Shown: piece after piece, positions 58,117 through 64,000 of the stretch
Numbering within the stretch: the stretch's first letter is position 1
Layout: each line of letters opens with the position of its first letter
Assembly: GCA_964016885.1 (NCBI GenBank)
Contig: OZ024743.1
Span: forward strand, 319,982,001-320,046,000
Source: Eledone cirrhosa
Taxonomy: Eukaryota
Reading direction: 5' to 3'
DNA: 64,000 nt
Notes under the pieces: model-generated
Told to the model about the DNA's origin: nothing
Seen by the model: only the letters and a program-made list of their open reading frames with translations
Database searches by the model: none
Translations under genes and position numbers: made by a program

Positions 58117-58149
<33 letters not shown>

Positions 58150-58372
58150 CACATACATACATACATGTACACACACAGCCACATACATACACATACAAAA
58201 AAATGTAAATAAATTAGATAGATGTATATTAAAGGTACATAACCTACGTACATACGTACACATACGCGGGCGCACACACGCACGCAATAAAAATCAACAC
58301 ACGCATACATATAAAAATATACGTAAATCCATACACACATATATACACATATATACAAAAACATATATACAT

Positions 58373-58409
<37 letters not shown>

Positions 58410-58436
58410 CATATGTATATATATATATATATATAC

Positions 58437-58529
<93 letters not shown>

Positions 58530-58534
58530 CAGAG

Positions 58535-60215
58535 GTTGTTCGAGTTAGTAATCGAATAATTAAGCTTAGATTAGTTGTAGGCAGGAGACTACTGACAATC
58601 ATCTCTGCTTATGCTCCCCAAGCAAGCCTAGGCAAATAACCTCAATGACAGAGGACGGAAACATCGTTATGCTAGCAGGGGACTTCAATGGTCATGTTGG
58701 ACAGCTCCAGAATGGTTGCACTGCAGTACATGGTGGGCACGGTTACGGCTCAAGAACTGAAGAAGGAGTGAGACTTCTTGAATTTTGTGATGCAAGTGAA
58801 CTAACCATTTGCAACACTAACTTCCAGACACCTGCCAACCACCTAATAACCTACAAATCAGGCGAGCTTATAAGCCAGATTGACTTGTTACTAGTAAAGC
58901 AGCGGGACAGGCAGATGCTGTCAAATACCAAGGCATACCCTGGGGAAGAATGTACCACACAGCATAGGTTAGTCGTTAGTGATATCTCAGTAAGCAAGAG
59001 ATGGAATGAGACATACAGAAAGGTGTGGAGAAGAAAAGTCTGGAAGCTAAAAGACCTTTCACTAAAATACAAATTTAGGAAAGCCCTTCAAGATGTGTAT
59101 GACGAAAAAGAAGACGATTTAGAGACGTATGACATAGATAATAACTGGAATTTCTTACGTGACAACTTACTGCAGGCTACTGATGAAAGAGCTCCAACCA
59201 GACAGAGAGTGACCTGGTGGTGGAACATCACAGTAGATAAGGCCATTAGAGACAAAAAGACTAGCATGGAAGGCTTGGGAAAAGGGTGGGAGAAGATAAG
59301 GATATACAGCCGCTAAGAGAGAAGCTAGACGTCAGGTGTACTTAGCACGCAGGGAGGCTAAGAATAGGCGGTTTGCCAATATTCTGCGACGGGAAGATCA
59401 GAGGCGTGCGGTGTTCCACATTGCAAGGCAGTGTGTCAATGCAAATCAGGATGTTGTTGGAGATAAATGTGTCCGGAATGATGCCGGTGTATTTAGTATC
59501 GCGAATGATCAGAAAAAGGAGGCCTGGAAATGTCATTATGAGAGACTGATGAATGTGGAGAACGAATGGGAGAGAGAGAAATTACCCTCAGTAGATCCAA
59601 CAAAGGGACCAGCTATTGGGATTGACGAATATAGGGTCCAAGAGGCGATTAAGGAAATGAAAGATGGTAAGGCTGCTGGACCGTCGGGGATAGTTGTTGA
59701 GCCGCTGAAGGCGTCAGGGTACGTAGGCACTAAACTAAACACAACAGATGCCCTCTTCTTGGTGAGACAATTACAAAAGATGTTCTTAGAGAAGAATAAG
59801 CCACTATACTTAGCCTTTGTTGACCTAGAGAAGGCCTTTGATAGGGCATCCTCATTTGTCATCTGGTGGTCCCTAAGGAAACTAGATGTTGAGGAATGGC
59901 TTGTGAGGACAGTGCAAACTTTGTACAGAGGTGCTGTCAGTAAAGTCAGGGTAGGAATGGAGTTTAGTGAGGAATTCCAGATACAAGTAGGAGATCATCA
60001 AAGTTCGGTCCTCAGACCGCTCTTGTTTATTATAGTCCTCCAAGCCATAACAGAGTAGTTTAAGACTGGCTGTCCATGGGAACTTCTCTATGCTGACGAT
60101 CTGGTTCTTATAGAAGAATGAGTAGAGGAGCTAGAGAATAAATTCAGGCTATGGAAACAGCAGTTGGAAGCAAGTGGACTGAGAGTGAACCTAGCTAAGA
60201 CAGATGTACTCTTAT
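58535..60215 (+). mobile_element. Degenerate RTE-clade LINE (APE plus RT, internal deletions)
   Basis: GDFNGHVG, SQID, QHRLVV, FVDLEKAFD and LLYADD motifs, with stops and frameshifts. Confidence 0.9.
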
Positions 60216-61180
60216 GAAAGATTTCTTTATGGTTTATGCTTTGGATATATTCCAATGAATGAATTTTTAAATTTTAACGCGTTATAGCAAACAAATTTAT
60301 GTTTTTAACAGTCATAAATGTATGACAGGTTGGAGTTATGAATTTATAACTTGTTATAAAATAACATGAAATTCATACTCTAATTACAACATTACGATGG
60401 ATAATTAAAATTTTTAACATCTTAACTTTATAACATTTAACTTTATAACATTTAATCCTTAGAGCTATCTAAATTATTAATAAATTGCTTTACGCTCTAC
60501 TGCTATTACAAATAAGGGATTATTCTTCGGTAAACTCTCGGAAATTCCATGAGCTTAGAAATATTCGGATATTTTAAACTTACAAATTTTTTAAAATAAT
60601 TAATTAATAATATATAATAAAATGATATATGGTTTTGTAATAATAACATATTTTAAATAATATATATTCGTTAATAATAATATATAGGTTTCAACTTTAA
60701 TAATATAACATACACATTTAAACATTTAAACTACGGATTGAATTGATAAATAATTAATTAAACATTTAATCAAATTTATTAATTAAACATTAGATAAATA
60801 CTTCAACTTAGCTTTATTATTGTTTATCCATCTTTATTAGTATCTGTTATTGTTTATTATTATTGTTTATCCATCTTACGGTATTCATCCACGCTTTATT
60901 TATTTATTCGCCTCTTCTCTCAAAATTACGCTATTCTCTCTCACTAAAATATACTCAGGTTTCTCTCTTTCTTTCTTTCGTTTTTTTTTCTCTTTCTTTT
61001 CTCTTTTTTCCCTATTCAAACGGCTTAATTTAAATATGCTGTTTTTAAACCTTTCCAACACTAATTTGCATAATAAACCGACAATAAATATAATAACTCC
61101 ACTATCCAGGAGGTTCCAAACAGAATGGTTGCATTTTTTAAGGGTATGTCAATATTTATTTATAAAACTAACCTACATTA

Positions 61181-61246
61181 TATTTTATCTGATGAAAGCG
61201 CACCATAGTTTGCTCTAGTGGCCATTGAAATAGGTATAATGAAATA
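61181..61246 (+). ncRNA. Type-I hammerhead ribozyme at the end of an AT-rich pLTR-like segment (about 60220-61265)
   Basis: uauuuuau CUGAUGA aa...uu GAAA uaggua UA|augaaaua. 8-bp stem I, overlapping AAUAAA. Confidence 0.65.
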
Positions 61247-61306
61247 AATATGGTTTTATAAATATAGTTTCCAACTGCCGGACGAAAGGGCAAGGCCCCA
61301 CCCTCT

Positions 61307-64000
61307 TTGTTGCAGCCGCGGATGGCCAACATAACCCCAACCCCATCCACCTCACCCCTCCCTGCACCCCACCCACCAAACGCAATCCAAAACTTCAGAG
61401 TTGGTACCATGAATGTAGGGACCTTAAATGGCCGCTCTAACGAGGTTGTAGAAATGCTTGAACGTAAGGAGGTTGATGTCTGCTGTATCCAAGAGACCAG
61501 GTGGAGGGGCGGGTCCGCTAGATTCATTGTGGGTAAAAAACGATGTTATAAGCTTTTCTGGGTGGGAAATGACAATGGGCTGGGTGGGGTAGGAATCATG
61601 TTAGCAGAAAAATGGGTGGATAAGATAATAGACGTAAATAGAGTAAACGACAGAATAATTAAAATAAGACTTGTTCTAAATAGAACTACTGTGACGATAA
61701 TATCTGCGTACGCGCCCCAATCCGGACTGCCTGGCGCTATAAAAGACACTTTCTATGAGACACTGATGCTCACTACATCCCAAATAACCGACAGTGACTA
61801 TATAATTATTACTGGCGACCTAAATGGTCACGTTGGACAACATTGTGACGGCTATGATGGAATCCACGGAGGCTATGGGTTTGGTACTAGAAATGAGGAA
61901 GGCTTCAGAATCCTGGAATTCTGTGACGCAAATAACCTAACAATCTGTAACACTAACTTCAAAAAACGAGACAATCACTTGATCACCTACAGATCAGGGG
62001 AATATTCCAGCCAGGTAGATTATATCCTTACCAGAAGACGTGACAGAGTGTCTGTTGTAAACACTAAATCCCTCCCCCATGAAGAATGCACCTCCCAACA
62101 TAGACTGATAATTAGCGACCTCATAGTCAGGACGAGACGTACCCGACAGCAGAAGAGGACTATCCTCAGGAGAAAAATATGGAAGCTAAAGGACCCCACA
62201 GCCAGAAATAAATTTCAAAGCATATTACTTGATGCTTTCGACAGTAAGGAAGAGCATTTAGAGTCGTACAATATAGAGGAACAGTGGGAATTCCTGAAAG
62301 CAAACCTGTTGATGGCAGTAGACGAAGTCTGTGGCCGGAGTAGGCCTATATGCAGGAGGAGAGTAACATGGTGGTGGAACAGTAAGGTGGAGAAGTCGAT
62401 TGAGGCCAAAAAGCAGGCTTGGAAAGTATGGCGGGATGGGGGAAGTAGAGAAGACTATCAGGTGGCCAGGAGGGAAGCTAGGAGACAAGTGTACTTCGCA
62501 AGAAGGGAAGCAGAGGAAAGAAAGTTCAAGCATGTTCTACAACGCGAGGACCAAAAACGTGAGGTGTTCAGGATTGCTAGGCAATGTGTCAAGGAAAACC
62601 GTGATATTGTCGGGGAGAAGTGTGTACTTAACGATGATGGCGTACTTGCCATCACTGACGCTGATAAGAAGGTAGCTTGGAAGTGTCACTACGAAGGGCT
62701 ACTAAACGAGGAGAAAAAATGGGAGAAAGACAGTCTCCCCCACATCGACGCAATAGAGGGACCAGCAGTGTTAGTCGAAGGTAGTATAATAAGTAAGGCA
62801 ATCAAAGATATGAAGACGGGTAAGGCGGCTGGGCCTTCGGAAATAGTTGCTGAGATGCTGAAAGCCTCTGGAACGGTGGGACACACCATGGTCACCCGGA
62901 TAGTAAACCAAGTCATACAGAATGGGGTTGTTCCGAAGGACTGGCGTAGCAGCATCATCGTTAACTGTTACAAGGGTAAAGGAGACGCCCTAGATAGGAG
63001 TAACTATAGAGGCATTAAATTAATCGACCAGGTCATGAAGGTCACGGAAAAAGTAATAGCGCAACTAATCAGAGAGAGAATTGATCTGGATGAAATGCAG
63101 TTCGGGTTTGTCTCAGGTAAAAGTACCACAGACGCTCTTTTCATTGTACGACCACTACAGAAGTACCTAGCTAAATGTAATCCCCTATACTTAGCTTTTT
63201 TCGACTTGGAGAAAGCCTTCGACAGAGTCCCCCGTTCCATTATCTGGTGGGCTCTTAGAAAACTAGGTGTTGACGAATGGCTTGTGAGAGCTATACAAGC
63301 CATGTATAAAGAAACAGTCAGCAAGGTTAGAATTAACAACGAATATAGTGAAGAGTTTAGCTTAAAATTTGGTGTCCATCAGGGCTCTGTTCTTAGCCCC
63401 CTACTATTTATTATTGCCCTTCAGGCTATAACAGAGGAGTTCAAGACCGGCTGCCCATGGAAACTCCTATACGCAGATGATCTAACGCTCATAGCTGAAT
63501 CAATGGCCGAGCTAGAGAAGAAATTCCAAACATGGAAGCACAGCCTAGAATCAAAAGGCCTTAAAATTAACCTGGCTAAGACTAAAGTTCTAGTTTGTAG
63601 GAAAGAAAATAAGGCGCCGGTCCCTTCCGGGAAATGACCATGCTCAGTGTGTAGGAAAGGCGTAGGTAGAAACTCCATTTTATGTCCCAAATGCAAAGTA
63701 TGGGTGCATAAAAGATGTAGTGGGATCACAGGTAAGCTAACTAAGAACATAGATTTTACATGTGGCCGGTGCTCTGGCGCAATAAGTAGCAGCAAGTGCC
63801 CACAAAATACTAGCTCTTTCAATTGCGCAGAGGGTTCTATAGAAATAGTGGACAGCTTCTGTTACCTGGGTGACAAAATCAGCAGTGGGGGAGGGTGCTC
63901 TGAAAGTACAGTAGCTAGAGTCAGAACTGGATGGAAAAAGTTCAGAGAGCTTATACCACTATTAGCCGCTAAAGGGTTCTCCCTAAAAATGAAAGACAGG
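61307..64000 (+). mobile_element. Nearly intact RTE-clade LINE ORF (APE-RT-PHD-like finger), runs off the window
   Basis: APE motifs (TMNV, IQET, YAP, GDLN, VDY) and RT motifs (DLEKAFD, QGSVLSP, YADD). Single in-frame TGA at 63635-63637, after which the frame stays open to the window end. Confidence 0.93.

Overview
AT-rich, microsatellite-laden eukaryotic genomic DNA. The tRNA-headed SINEs, (TA)n/(TATG)n tracts and TE spectrum look like an octopus or other cephalopod genome (inference). One host gene can be assembled by eye on the + strand from 14 frame-consistent GT-AG exons (1792-45271, about 820 aa in the window, 5' end upstream of the window). It encodes a secreted zonadhesin/FCGBP-like mosaic protein: VWA-EGF-VWD(GDPH)-C8-TIL-Cys-rich/EGF-PAN-PAN, joined by Pro-rich phase-1 microexons. 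A duplicated EGF exon has lost its GT donor. The introns and the 3' flank hold a young, nearly intact Penelope-like element, four Penelope remnants, six Dong/R4-type retroelement fragments stacked in (ATT)n tracts, a Buster-type hAT transposon carrying a telomere-repeat MITE, non-autonomous Helitrons, RTE and Tx1/L1 LINEs, and SINEs. The most striking hidden layer is about 14 minimal type-I hammerhead ribozyme motifs. Several carry a U3-A8 covariant core (UUGAnAA), several sit just upstream of AATAAA, and several lie in fold-back palindromes. No prokaryotic features or CRISPR arrays were seen.
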